Positions 41,649 through 53,913 of a stretch of DNA of 64,000 nt are shown piece by piece. Numbering within the stretch: the stretch's first letter is position 1; each line of letters opens with the position of its first letter. The stretch comes from the human T2T-CHM13v2.0 reference genome, Homo sapiens: the NCBI RefSeq assembly GCF_009914755.1, contig NC_060941.1, one strand, 5' to 3'. The notes beneath the pieces were generated by a model. That model saw only the letters and a program-made list of their open reading frames with translations. It ran no database searches and was not told the origin of the DNA. The translations under genes were made by a program, and so were the position numbers.

Positions 41649-42075
41649 TCTGGTACGGCTGGGTGGGGGACTGGTCTCCTCCCGTCCTCTGCCGGGCTGC
41701 CTGGGGGTTGGGGGCCTGCTGGTGGGTGGGCCGGCACTGACAGGAGAGGGCTGCGTGCCCAGGCCCATCCCACAGAAAAGCCCTCCTTGGCCATGGTCGG
41801 GAGATGCAGCCAAAGGACAGTCAGGCTTCCTCCCGGTGGCGGCGTGGGCTGGGCAGGGAAGGCTTCCCGGAGGAGGCATCATTGTCCACTGAGAAGCACC
41901 GTGGGGCCTGGCCACTGCCTGTGTGTCTGCTTGGAGCTGGGCACGGCTGGGCCCTTCAAACTCTGCTGCAGCCGTGGGAGGACAGCAGGGTGAGGGGTGT
42001 GGCAGGGTGGGGGGCATGGTGGGGCAGGGAAGGTGCTGGGGGGACCACAGGCGGGACGTGCAGGGGCCCACTGGG

Positions 42076-42186
42076 TCACTGGTACTGGTTGGGGGAGGAC
42101 AGCGTGTTGCAGCGGCTGTGCGACATGTCCTCGTACACCACACATGCCGCCGAATTCTTATCCCGCCACGAGCACAGTTTCTTTAT
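42076..42186 (-). CDS. CD7: CD7 coding exon 4 (cytoplasmic tail with YEDM motif)
   Basis: tttcag acceptor; IKKLCSWRDKNSAACVVYEDMSHSRCNTLSSPNQYQ*. Confidence 0.97.
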   Translation of the reverse strand: MKKLCSWRDKNSAACVVYEDMSHSRCNTLSSPNQYQ

Positions 42187-42957
42187 CTGAAAGACAGAAC
42201 CGCCGTCTCCAACCAGTGGCCAGCGTGGTGTCCTGGACCCCACCCCACTCCGGTCAGCTTTCTAATTTTAACACGAGACCCCCACCGGGCTCCTCTGGGC
42301 TGGCCCCCAGGTCTCCTGAGCCCCAGGGCTTCCCAGCAGAGCCTTCCCCAGGCAGGGCTGGGTCGGACCCTGGGGTGCCTCTGAAGAAGGAGAGTGGAAG
42401 TGGCTTGGACCCCCCCACCAAGCCCAAGCCAAGCGGGACCCCCACTCCAGCCCCAGACAAACAGCAGGGACCGAGGGGAGTGGCCACGCCTAGACTCTGT
42501 GTCTGTCTGAGGCCCCCTCCCCTTCCCACGGCCACACAGCACGCCGGCACACTCCAACATGCACGCACAGTCCTCAGAGATCCCCACACACAGGCTCACA
42601 CCTGCACACGTGCACACGCGGGCCCAGCGCCTGGGCGCTCCCTCCTCTGCCCGCACACTCCAACCTGCACGCACAGACCTCAGAGATCCCCCCTCAGACA
42701 CTCACACCTGCACACGCGCACACGCGCACACGCGCACACGCGGGCCCAGCGCCTGGGCTGCTCCCTCCCCCTCAGGTCGCTTTGGTGCTGGTCCCCCTCC
42801 CTCCCCGCCGAGGCCACTTCCACCCTGAGAGTTCCAGAGCCTGCAGAGGAGGCGGCGGGTACCAGGGTTTTCCTCTGGGGCTTTGGCGCCCCCCACGCTG
42901 CTCTCAGGAGAGGGAACAATCTTTGGGGTGCAGGTGGCAGCTGGGGCTCACACTGAC

Positions 42958-43172
42958 CTGTGTCCTCGCCAGCACACACGCCACCCCCAGGCCCAGCCCG
43001 AGGAGGAAGGAGATCACCGCCAGGGCCGCAGGGAGGGCAGAGGCTGCTGGCGGGTCAGGGAGGGCAGAGGCTGTCTGCGGGTCAGGGAGGGCGGAGCCTG
43101 TCGGTGGGGCAGGGAGGGCAGAGGCCCTTGGTGGGGCGTCCGAGCATCTGTGCCATCCTTGGGACTGTTCCT
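42958..43172 (-). CDS. CD7: CD7 coding exon 3 (4 x 9-aa stalk repeats and transmembrane helix)
   Basis: ctcag acceptor and gtcagt donor; EQSQGWHRCSDAPPRASALPAPPTGSALPDPQTASALPDPPAASALPAALAVISFLLGLGLGVACVLARTQ. Confidence 0.97.
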
Positions 43173-43429
43173 CTGAGAAGGAAAAAAGAAGGAAGGGATT
43201 CTCCCGGTGGAGAACCTGTTAGAGCCCCCGGGGTTTGGGATTCGGGGCAGGGAAAGGCTGTGGAGGGGAGGAGGGGCAGCTATCTAGGAGGCTGCTGGGG
43301 GCAGTGGGCTGGGAGCTGGAACAGTTCAGGCACATGTAGGAGGGAGGGTCCCACGACAAGGGCTGGGGGAGCAGAGCCTGGCCAGCAGCTGGGGTTGGGA
43401 GGGGGGTCTGGGATGGGCACATTCCCTAC

Positions 43430-43744
43430 CTGTCACCAGGACCAGGGTGCCGGAGCCGTAGACATTGACCTCCGTGATGGCCTGGCAGGTGTAGGTGCCA
43501 GTGTCCGACAGCTGCAGGCGGTGCATGGTGATAGTCAGGTTGTCCTGGGACCCTGAGAAGTCGATGCGGCCCCGGAACCGTCTGTCCGTAGTGGGCACCA
43601 CCCCGTCCTCGTAGTAAATGATGTCTTGGGGCTGTGGCCCGAGCTGCCTCAGGTAGATCCCACGCAGGCCCCCGCTGGTGGAGCAGGTGATGTTGACGGA
43701 GGCTCCCACGGGGACAGTCGTGCAGTGGGGAGACTGCTGCACCT
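43430..43744 (-). CDS. CD7: CD7 coding exon 2 (IgV domain)
   Basis: cccag acceptor and gtagg donor; [20 protein letters not shown]...[25 protein letters not shown]. Confidence 0.97.
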
Positions 43745-44176
43745 CTGGGGAGGACCTGGGCTGTCACCATCAGTCTGGCCAGAAGGACAGAGAATGTCCT
43801 CCCTGCAGGGGACAGTGGTGGGGATGGTGGGGCCCTGAGACAGCCCAGGGCTGACATGTCGCCAAAGACACGGTGCCTTACGGGGCATGGAGCAGATCTG
43901 GGCACCGGCTGTGGTGTTGGGGGAGGTGCTGTCCTCGTGTTCCGAGACTGTGGGCTTCTTCCTCCCAAAGCAGCGGCCCTGCCTGGACAGCCCCGGCCAC
44001 TCCCCACCGGGGTCCACCCTTTTTCCTTCTCTTAAATGAGTCCTCAGACACTGGAGGCCGCTCAGCACCCCACCCGCTTCCTGGGGGCTGTGCTGTGGCT
44101 CAGACTGGGGGCTCTGAGCTCATGGGGCAGGGAGAGCTCTGGAGCTGTGGCCATGGAGAGCCTGGGAAGCTCTTAC

Positions 44177-44258
44177 CTTGGGCAGCCAGGGCCCCAGGCA
44201 GGCCGCGAGCCAGCGCCAGAAGCAGGGGCAGCAGCAGGAGCCTCGGAGGCCCGGCCAT
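44177..44258 (-). CDS. CD7: CD7 coding exon 1 (signal peptide)
   Basis: MAGPPRLLLLPLLLALARGLPGALAAQ followed by a gtaag donor. Exons sum to 82+315+215+111=723 nt, i.e. 240 aa plus stop. Confidence 0.97.
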
Positions 44259-44299
44259 GTTCCCCACACCCAGCTCTCCCAGCCGGGCGAGTGCAGCTG

Positions 44300-44450
44300 A
44301 GCCTCTCTGGGTCTACAGGACCCCACAGAGAGCAGCACACAGGAGACCGCAGGCGCTCAGAGCTCAGAGAGGGCTTCCTGGAGGCGGTGCCTCAGACCAG
44401 GGTGGTGCTGTGGGCCCGGTGGGAGGGGCGGTCTCACCTACCCCTCCCCA
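44300..44450 (-). promoter_or_regulatory. CD7: CD7 TATA-less proximal promoter
   Basis: ETS core CAGGAAG (minus) at 44374-44380, GC box near 44423-44431, no TATA. Confidence 0.55.
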
Positions 44451-45079
44451 GCACTGCCTCCCTGAGAGCTGCCCTGAGAGCAGGGCGTCCCTGTATCCCC
44501 CACTGCCCCTGCATCTCCACAGGGAGGAGGTCAAGGCCTGGGGCGGGGCAGACCAGAGGACAGAGAAGGGACTCCCTGGCTGGGGACGGGTGGCAGGGTC
44601 TGGAAGTGAGCGGCAGAGCTGGCCCCCAGCCTGCCTGGTCCTCTGGGGTACTTTCTGCTGGGACCCAATTTATGCCCAGAAATCTGGAGCCACCCATGAC
44701 CCATGAGTCACCCACATAGTGCAGAGGAGCACAGGGCAGGCCAGAATTGGCACCCCCTGGTTTGGCCGTGGGGAAGGAGCCTGGGCCTGCACCCGCACCC
44801 AACGCTGCAGCCGACCAGCTGACCGTGGCTCTGCGTTCCATGTCCTGGAGGCGGGAGGTCTGAGGTATGGTCCAGGCCTGAGGTTTCCCGACCTCCCTGG
44901 GAGGAGTGCGTCAGGCCGCAGTGCCCAGCTTCAGGGGCTGAGGGAGACCTGTGCCTGGGCTCTGACCCCAGGGTGACTGAGTCCTCTGGGAGGGGGCACT
45001 TCTCTGTCCTGAGGGCCTCCCGCCACAATGACGAAGCGTTGACGTTGGTGCCCAAAGCCAGTAGGTGCAGCACATGAGC

Positions 45080-46720
45080 AGGAGTGTGTGGACACGTGTG
45101 TGTGCAGAGACGGGTGCGTATGGACATGTGTGTGCAGAGACGGGTGCGTGTGGACACGTGCGTGTGCAGAGACGGGTGCGTGTGGACACGTGCGTGTGCA
45201 GAGACGGATGCGTGTGGACACGTGCGTGTGCAGAGGCGGGTGCGTGTGGACGTGCGTGTGCAGAGACGTGTGCGTGTGGACGTGCGTGTACAGAGACGGC
45301 TGTGTGTGGACACTTGTGTGTGCAGAGACGGGTGCGTGTGACTCCATGCGTGTGTGCAGAGACGGGTGCGTGTGGACACATGTGTGTGCAGAGACGGGTG
45401 TGTGTGGACACGCATGTGCAGAGATGGGTGCGTGTGGACACGTGCGTGTGCAGAGACGTGTGCGTGTGGATGTGCGTGTGCAGAGACGGGTGTGTGTGGA
45501 CACGTGTGTGCAGAGACGGGTGCACTTGACTCCATGCGTGTGTGCAGAGACGGGTGCGTGTGGACACGCGTGTGTGCAGAGACGGGTGTGTGTGGACACG
45601 CATGTGCAGAGACGGGTGCGTGTGAACACGTGTGTGTGCAGATGGGTGCGCATGACTCCACGCGTGTGTGCAGAGACGGATGTGTGTGGACACGCGTGTG
45701 TGCAGAGACGGGTGTGTGTGGACACGCATGTGCAGAGACGGGTGTGTGTGGACACTTTGTGCAGAGACGGGTGCGCGTGACTCCATGCGTGTGTGCAGAG
45801 ACGGGTGCGTGTGGACACGCGGGTGTGCAGAGACGGGTGCGTGTGGACACGTGCGTGTGTAGAGACGTGTGCGTGTGGACGTGCGTGTGCAGAGACGGGT
45901 GTGTGGACACTTGTGTGTGCAGAGACGGGTGCACGTGACTCCATGCATGTGTGCAGAGACGGGTGCATGTGGACACGCGTGTGTGCAGAGATGGATGTGT
46001 GTGGACACGCATGTGCAGAGACGGGTGCGTGTGGACACGTGTGTGTGCAGAGATGGGTGCGCATGACTCCACGCGTGTGTGCAGAGACGGGTGCGCGTGA
46101 TTCCACGCATGTGTGTGCAGAGACGGGTGCGTGTGGACACGCGTGTGTGCAGAGACGGGTGCGCATGGCTCCACGCATGTGCAGAGACGGGTGTGCGTGA
46201 CTCCACACGTGTTTGCAGAGACGGGTGCATGTGAACACGTGTGTGTGCAGAGACGGGTGTGCGTGACTCGCGTGTGTGCAGAGACGGGTGCGCGTGACTC
46301 CACACATGTATGCAGAGACGGGTGTGCATGACCATGCGTGTGTACAGAGATAGGAGCGTGTGGACATGTGTGTGTGCAGAGAGGGGTGCGTGTGGACACG
46401 TGTGTGTGCAGAGACGGGAGCGCGTGGACATGCGTGTGCAGAGACGGGAATGTGTGGACACTCGTGTGCAGACAGGTGCGTGTGGACACGCGTGTGTGAG
46501 GAGACGGGTGCGCGTGACTCCACGCATGTGTGCAGAGGGGTGCGTGTGGACACACGTGTGTGCAGAGACGGGTGCGCGTCACTCCATGCGTGTGTGCAGA
46601 GACGGGTGCGCGACTCCATGCGTGTGTGCAGAAACGGGTGCATGTGGACACGTGTGTGTGCAGAGAAGGGTGCACGTGACTCACGCGTGTGTGCAGAGAT
46701 GTGTGCCCGTGACTCACACA
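45080..46720. repeat. Large VNTR, 30-34-bp unit, roughly 50 copies
   Basis: Unit GTGTGTGCAGAGACGGGTGYGTGTGGACAC(RC), with a second variant ending GTGACTCCAYGC. Confidence 0.97.
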
Positions 46721-47739
46721 CGGACCTGCAGCCCTGAGCTCCTTCCCCAGAAGTCCCAGCCACAGCAGCCGGTGCGGAGACACGGGTGGGGCTGTGGGGT
46801 GGTGCAGGTTTTCTGCTGGGCCGAGGGTCCTGGGGGAGCCGGTTTTCCTCCCCCAGGCTCTCCATAAACGAGAGACAGAGGGTTTGGGGGCAGAATCTTG
46901 CGCAGAGACCCTGGAGCACCCTAGCAAGGCTGTGGCTCGAGGCGGTGGGTAACAGCACTTGCCGGAGCAGCCCCTCCTCTGGCCTTTGCTCCATGCATGC
47001 ATTGGGTCACCAACGTTCACCGGGCGTCTTTATGCCAGCGTCTGTGCCAGGAGCAGGGGGCAGTGTGGACCAGGAGCCCTCCCGCCTGGAGCTGACCTCA
47101 GGGAGGCCAGGTGGACAGCCAGCAGGACACAGGGTGTGGGTGTGGCCCTCAAAGGCCAACCCAGGAACGGGCCGTGGGTGAAACCAACTGGGGCCCCGGG
47201 GAACAGCATTCCACGCAGCGGGATCAGTAGGGCAGAATCCCTGAGGCCAGAGCGTGCCTGGTGTGTCTGAGGACAGCATGGGGCCGGGTGGGGTTGGGGG
47301 CTGCAGAGGGAGACACAGACTTCCACACACGGAGGGGGAAGGCAGCGTGAGGACCAGCACTAAATCCCAGTAGGGAAAACAGAAGCAGAGATAAGCCACC
47401 AGGAAAAGATGAAAATCCTCACGGACTCCAGCCCCAGGCTCTCCTCCTGGGTTTCCTGCCTGGGTGCGCAGGGGACATGGCGACCGCACTACCGATTTCA
47501 AAGTGACTTTGAGGCTGGGCTCAGGGGCTCATGCCTGTAATCCCAACACTTTGGGAGGCCAGAGTGGGAGAATCGCTTGAGCCCAGGAGGTCGAGCCGTG
47601 ATCGCGACCGTGTACTCCAGCCTGGGCGGCAGATCTAGACCCTATCTCCAAAAAAAAAAAAAAAAAAAAAAGAGAAAAGAAAAAAGAGAAAGAAAAACTT
47701 TGACCTGAAGACACGCCAATGCTCTTCAGCCTGTGTAGG

Positions 47740-48480
47740 CAGGTGTGACCCCCGTGCGGGGGTCCCGGGCGCTGTGCCCACAGAACAGGGTCTGACCCAG
47801 CACGCGGACGGAACCTTATTTTAACCCGAGACACAAACGCGCCCCTCTTGGACCCTGGCTCCGGCCCGACCCTCAGGGCGGCCGGCTGTGCGAGGCCTCG
47901 GTCACCGGGCGCCGCCGCGTCCCTGCGGGGTCTCCACCTGGCTGGGGGCTCCCCCCCGTCTTCATCTCGAGGACGCCTTAGGGACGTTTTGGGGCTTAAA
48001 GCCACTAAAGACGTTTCTTTCAGATTTTTGTTTTCCATTTTAAAAATTGCATTTGGAGCTACTTGGAGGTTTGTGAGTCGGTTTGTTTTCTTCATTTCAG
48101 ATATTCGAGTCATGGAACTTTTTCAAAGAACTGAAGGGGGATTCCCGGTGATTTTTCCACCCCATACAGATGAAGACATCAAAGGGCCCCGCCGCAGTGA
48201 CGAAGACAAAAGCATGAACAGATCTGGGTCCAAAGAGGCTCGGCAGGTGCGGTGGGCACGAGGGAGCGACCCCCGGGTGGCCGAGGGACTGAGGGATGCG
48301 CGTCCAGCCCCGGAGGGCGGCGTCCACCTGACCCCCCAGCCCGAGCCGCCGCCGCCGCCTCCCAGCCCGGCCTGCGCTGCCCCCTGGCGGTGGGGCCAGG
48401 AGCCATCCCAGCCTCTAAGCCCCCGACCCTACCTCGGCCCCCGGGGCTGCCGCGGAAGGGCCCCCAAAGCCTGCTCATAG
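47740..48480. promoter_or_regulatory. CpG island in the SECTM1 3' UTR with a CTCF-like motif
   Basis: High CpG density; minus-strand CCGCCAGGGGGCAGC at 48390-48376. Confidence 0.65.
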
Positions 48481-48927
48481 CCAAGGGACAGGTATGTGGC
48501 CAAGGCCCCCCACAGCCCTGAACTGGAGTGTGTCTGAGGCTCCGGCAGGGGCCCCCTCACTTGGGCGCGGAGCCCTGGGAGTGGAGAGAGCGGACCCCAC
48601 ACCTGGGGCCGGACCAGCCTGGGGTGGCAGAAAGGGAGTCCGGGTCTGTGGGTTTGATGAGGGCAGAGGGAGGGGCATGCGTCCTGGTAAGTCGGGTGCT
48701 GCGGAGGTGAGGTGGTTCCATTTTGGAAACTGAGGAAGCAGAGCTTGGAAGACCTGGGGGGTGGAGGGGAAGGGTCTGCACGCACCCAGGAGTGGGTGAC
48801 ACAGAGGCCCAGCCTGCCAAGCAAGCCGGTGTCTGTGCCCTCCGGGTGGGACGAGAGACCCAGGCCCCGCCACCCAAGGTCGGCACTCAGGGCTGGCTCT
48901 CCTGTGTCCTCTCTGCCTTGCAGGCGG

Positions 48928-49137
48928 CTATGGGTCTGCGGCATATGGAAACAAGGGTTGGGGGGACAGCAGCTCCAGGGCTCCAAGTGGTGAGGGTTTG
49001 AACACCAGTGCCAGCGGCCTTGGGGTGGGCTCGGAGTCTGGGGTCCACAGTTCAGCGGAGGCTCTGCTCAGGCCCTGCTGGGCTCCCGCTCTGAGGGCTG
49101 CGACCTTCATCTGGGGTTCTAGGAGGAAGAACTTCTT
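48928..49137 (-). CDS. SECTM1: SECTM1 last coding exon (cytoplasmic tail)
   Basis: ctgcag acceptor; KKFFLLEPQMKVAALRAG...PLFPYAADP*. Confidence 0.96.
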   Translation of the reverse strand, partial: KKFFLLEPQMKVAALRAGAQQGLSRASAELWTPDSEPTPRPLALVFKPSPLGALELLSPQPLFPYAADP

Positions 49138-49644
49138 CTGCAGGGGGAGGAAGGAGGTGCCTGTGTGAGCCGCGCGCCCCCGTGCCCACAGCTCTGCCCT
49201 GGGGCGTGCGTTCACACTCACGGGCATACGTGCTCATGCACACCCCCACCCCCAGGCACACTCCCAGCCCTCGCCTGGGTTCTGAAACTGCTGGAGGTTG
49301 AACCCACTCCCCAAGGCACCCTCAGCAAGAGGCTCCCTTGGCTCAGAAACTCCAAGTTCCGTCCCTGATGGAGACCACGCACCCTGCCATGCTGCCCTCC
49401 AGGGAGTCCTGGGGACAGTGAGAGCTTGCAGGAAGGGCAGGGCGGGTCTGGGTGGGGAGCCTGGCTCTGTATTCTTGACCATAGCCGGCTGGGCCCCTGG
49501 CGGGGACTGGCTCTCTGGGACCGGTGCTCCCCCCACCCTCTCCTGGAGCCCCAGCAGGTGCAGGACAGTAAGGCTGACCTCAGCCTGGGGCAGCCCCACC
49601 CAAGACTCCCCACCCCGCACAAACTGGGGTGCAGGGCCTCCTAC

Positions 49645-49778
49645 CTCCCGGCGTTGCTGGGAACAGCGGCACCTGTACCAGGCGAACATGACCAGAGCGA
49701 CCAAGAGGATGAAGACAGCAGTGACCACCGCTGGCACAGGCCAGAACCCAGTGTCGGGGGCGGACTGGGGTTCTGCAC
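49645..49778 (-). CDS. SECTM1: SECTM1 stalk and transmembrane exon
   Basis: ttcag acceptor and gtagg donor; AEPQSAPDTGFWPVPAVVTAVFILLVALVMFAWYRCRCSQQRRE. Confidence 0.96.
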
Positions 49779-51348
49779 CTGAAGGAGGCAGTTCAGGGGT
49801 GTACAGGTGGGCTGGGCATCCCCCACCCCCTACCTCCTCCGTGTAGCTCCCAGCCTCCTCCTCCTACACACTCCCTGGGGTGAGAATGAGCCTTGGAAGA
49901 CGGCACCGCCGTTGCCCAGGAGGTACAGGGGTGGGAGGGAGCCAGGAGGAGAGGGGGCGCAGGACCAGAGGTGGAAGGAGACCCAGAGCGCAGGTGTGTC
50001 GGGGCAGCGAGGGAAACATCTACCCCTGGATGTGCCAGGTCCCAGGAGCTGCGCGCTGGCCCGGTCCTTCAGGCCTCGGGGTTCTGGGGAAGAGATGCAA
50101 GGGCAGGGGAGGGGCCTGCCCTGTTGTGGCCCACCCAGGGCCAGGTATCTGAGGAGCCTCATGCCTGAGCCCAGGAAGGGCTCACCAGATGCCCTGGGGG
50201 TGGAGAGCAAAGCGGAACCCAATTTGGGTGACCCGGGTAGGTCGGAACCGGGTGTGGTGAAGGTGGGAGGGCTGGGAGGGGCCGTGGAGGCTCCTGAGCT
50301 TTGCAGGAAAGGGAGGGGAGGGGTGGGGAGTGGGTTTGGTGACTAGAGGGGTCAGTGGCCCCGCACGGTGGGGTGGCCGCTCAGGGCCTAGGGAGCAGGT
50401 GGGAGGGGCTTGGAGGGCAGAACAGAGGGCCTGGGGGCTGCTCTGCTGGCCACCACTGCTTTCTGGTTGAACCAGATAAGTAGCTGGTGGTGACGGCTGT
50501 GGGCCCTGAGTCGGGGGAGAAGAGGCAGAGGGAGCAGTGGGCTGGGCTAGTGGGGACATGAGTGGGTGGTGATCATGCCTGTGTCGGGGGAGCTGAGGCA
50601 GAGAGTGGGGCAGCGAGCATCCCCTGAGGGCAGGAGGAGAGGGGTGGGGACAGGGAAGGGTCGGGGGTGGTCCCAGCCCTGAAGACAGGAGTGGCGAGGG
50701 CAGGTGTGGTCTAGGTGCTTGTCGAGGTGGACAACATGGGAGTGGGAGTGGGAGGGGCGGGGCAGGACCGTGGCAGCCTGGGAGGCCCCTGTTCGTGGTC
50801 ACTAAGGGTGCTGCGCGGGCGACCTTGAGCACCTCTGGGTGACCCCAGTAAAGGGAGGGCAGGTGCCTCGAAGCCAGGTGCTGCGGGTCTGGAGGGCCTC
50901 TCAGAGCACAGGTATTTGGGGTGCAGTTTCCCCACACAGCCGGGGTGGGGGTGGCAGGGAGGCGGGGGGTGCCTGGGCTTCCTGGCTGCAGGGTGCAGCC
51001 CCCACCCCTGACAGGCAGACTGGGCTCCTTTGAGGAGCAGCTTTGTGTTCTGTGTTGTTTGTGGGACTCCGGCTGCCCTCTGTGGGTCCCACCCCACTGT
51101 GGGGTCTGTGCCCCCTGAGCCTCCTGCCTGACCCCTGCCCCTCCCAAAGGAAGAACTGTCCCAGGAGGTCAAGAGGCCTCCACCCCAACTCTCCACCCGC
51201 CAACCCTGTCTCCTGGCAGCCCGGCTCATGCCTGCTCTTCTTCCTCCTCCTTCCCTCTCAGTCTCAGCCCTCCCCCTGCCCAGGCCCCCTCCCCTCCCCG
51301 TGTCCCCTCTCACTCCCCTCCCCCTTGCTTCCCCGAGCCTCCCCTCAC

Positions 51349-51657
51349 CTGAAACCTCCAGCGTGACTTGTCTGTTATTTCTCTGGTGTCCCACGAGGTG
51401 CCACATGTACAGCCCAGCATGGGAGTCCCGGGCGCCTTTGATCACCAGCTGTGCCACGCCTCCCTGAACCTGGAGCTGCCAGCCGTCCCGGGAGAAGTAG
51501 CCTGGAGCCACCTCATTGAAGATGGCGCTCTCCTGCCCGTGGGCACGCAGCTTGATGTTGACATGGGAGAAGGCGTTGGAGATGTTGCAGGACATGACGG
51601 TGTTCTCGCCCCAAGACACAGAGACTACCCCCTCTGTGCAGATGGGGCTGTCCCAGC
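51349..51657 (-). CDS. SECTM1: SECTM1 Ig-like domain exon
   Basis: tacag acceptor and gtgag donor; [26 protein letters not shown]...[23 protein letters not shown]. The F-strand YxC is replaced by YMW. Confidence 0.96.
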
Positions 51658-53095
51658 CTGTAGGGCCAGACAGAGGCACACACGGATCAGGGCTGGACCT
51701 CAGGGCATTGGCTGGCTGCTGTGCCCAGGGCCAGGGCCAGGGCAGGAGACAGGGCCTCTAAGGGACACAGTGAACTATGTATACATCCACCCGACCCAAT
51801 CAGCACATATATCTCGTGTGGGAAGAATAAAATAGCAACAAAAAAGACGGGTGGCTCTGTGTGTGTGTATGTGTGTGTGTGTGCGTGCTCACACCCACGT
51901 CTGTTCCTTGGGGTGTGTCAGCTTGGACGAAGGCATTTCCTATCAACTCCCTCCCCTGTATATTTCCACTGGGGTGGGTGAAGTCAGAGCCTCAGGTGTG
52001 TGCCGGGCGGCTGCGCTGTGGCAGGAGTGCTGCCACTGACCTGCCGAATCACCCTCCTCGTGGGAAGCAGTGGCCAGGCCCCACCGCCCCCAGCTCCCTC
52101 CTGTTTCTCCAAGGCCTAGGCCAGGTGCAGGTGCTCGGCTGCGTGAGGAAGGGCAGGGCTTCTGCAGACACCCACAGGCCAGCCTCAGAGGCAAGCAGAG
52201 CAGACATGGGTTCCAGCCTGTCCTTGTGGGGCCCAGCCTGCTTGTGCCACCCCCAACATTCCCTTTCCCCTCCCGGCCACCCGCTCAGCTCCAGGTTGCT
52301 GGGCCAGCTCCATACACAGCTCCACAGTCCTGGGAGGTCAAGTCCTTGACACAAGCCGGCGTGTCAGTCTCTCTCTCCCGCCTCCTGGGTGAACCCTGCC
52401 CCATAGCGACCCGTGCAGCTGCTTCCCTCAGAGGGTCTGGGGCCTTTGCCCCAGCAGCCAGCTCAAGGATGCCTGAGATTCAGGCCGTCGGGCCCGAGCA
52501 TGGTACCAGCCTGAGGTCTTGGTGCTGCTACTGTCCCTGCTGCGTCAGCGTCCACCAGTGACTGGACACGGACGGATGGACGGACAGACGGACGGCAGGG
52601 TGAGCTCTCGGGGAGCACACAGCATGCTGGTTGGAGCCGCCATTTGGCCACATTTCACCAAATACAAAACCACATGGTGGGTGCCATGTGCTGGCAAGTG
52701 CCAGGGGCCTTGGTGCCCATGGGAGGAGGTGGGCTTCAGGGGCACCTGGCCTTCGGGCTGGACTGAGTTTCCTCTGACGAGCAGGCTGGCTGCCTGCCTG
52801 GACGCTCTGAGTGTTCAGGGACTGCAGGGCCTCTAAGGCCACTGCACAAATTCACACCGTCCCGAGGGCAGCGGGCGGCTGTCCAGGGGGTGCCCCAGCC
52901 CAGTTACACTTTGGAACCACTGTTGGGGGGTGGGGGCAGAATCTCCCGAAACCAGGGTTCTTCCACCTGGGATTCTTCCCTTTCAGTTTTGTTTTGTTTT
53001 TTGTTCGTTCTTAGGATTCTGACTGAACTGCTTTGGGATGTGGTTTGGGATGTGGCTGAGCTCTGACATCTTTTAAAAGCCCCTCGGGTGGCTCA

Positions 53096-53376
<281 letters not shown>

Positions 53377-53913
53377 TCAAAAAAAAAAGATAAGAAAAGA
53401 AAAGCCCCTCAGGTCACTTTGCTGACAGGTTGGGGATCTAGAGAGCTGGGGAGGATCTCACTGGGGGACCCTGTTCAAATGCAGATCCACTCCTGGCAGG
53501 CCTGAGGTGCGCCTGACTAAGGAGCCCCCAGGCCAGGGCTGCTGTCTGTTCCCGGCCATGGCACAGGTCGCAACTGACCCAGACCCTCTCCCTTGGAAAC
53601 TGGTCGTGATCTTGGTCCTTCCCCACAATTGCTCTGACAGTGACCACCAGGTACCACAGCGGGCACCACCGCCCTCCACCCACGGCGGGACACGGCCCAC
53701 TCACCACCACCCTCCACCCACGGCGGGACACGGTCCACTCACCGCCACCTGAGGCAGCCCAGCTCCACATGGTCAGGCCCTGGGTCTGCAGAGTCAGTCA
53801 TTATCGGGGGTCTGGTGGCACCTGGACCCAACCTCAGTCCACCCCTCCTGCCCCTGTCATGCCCCCACCGGGCCCCCCTTTCCCCAGCAGAGAGGCGGGG
53901 CCCCGAGACCTAC

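Noticed and set aside
40485-42956. 313 aa and 319 aa ORFs near or antisense to CD7
   Set aside because: Pro/Ala/Gly-rich chance ORFs in very GC-rich DNA, with no splice or domain support.
45080-46720. CRISPR-like periodicity (conserved GCAGAGACGGGT with variable intervals)
   Set aside because: The intervals are short variants of one another rather than unique spacers. This is human DNA with no cas genes.
44708-47020. 770, 687 and 538 aa His/Cys/Thr-rich ORFs that look like metal-binding proteins
   Set aside because: They are all three minus-strand frames of the VNTR. The CA-rich strand simply lacks stop codons, and being open in every frame argues against coding selection.
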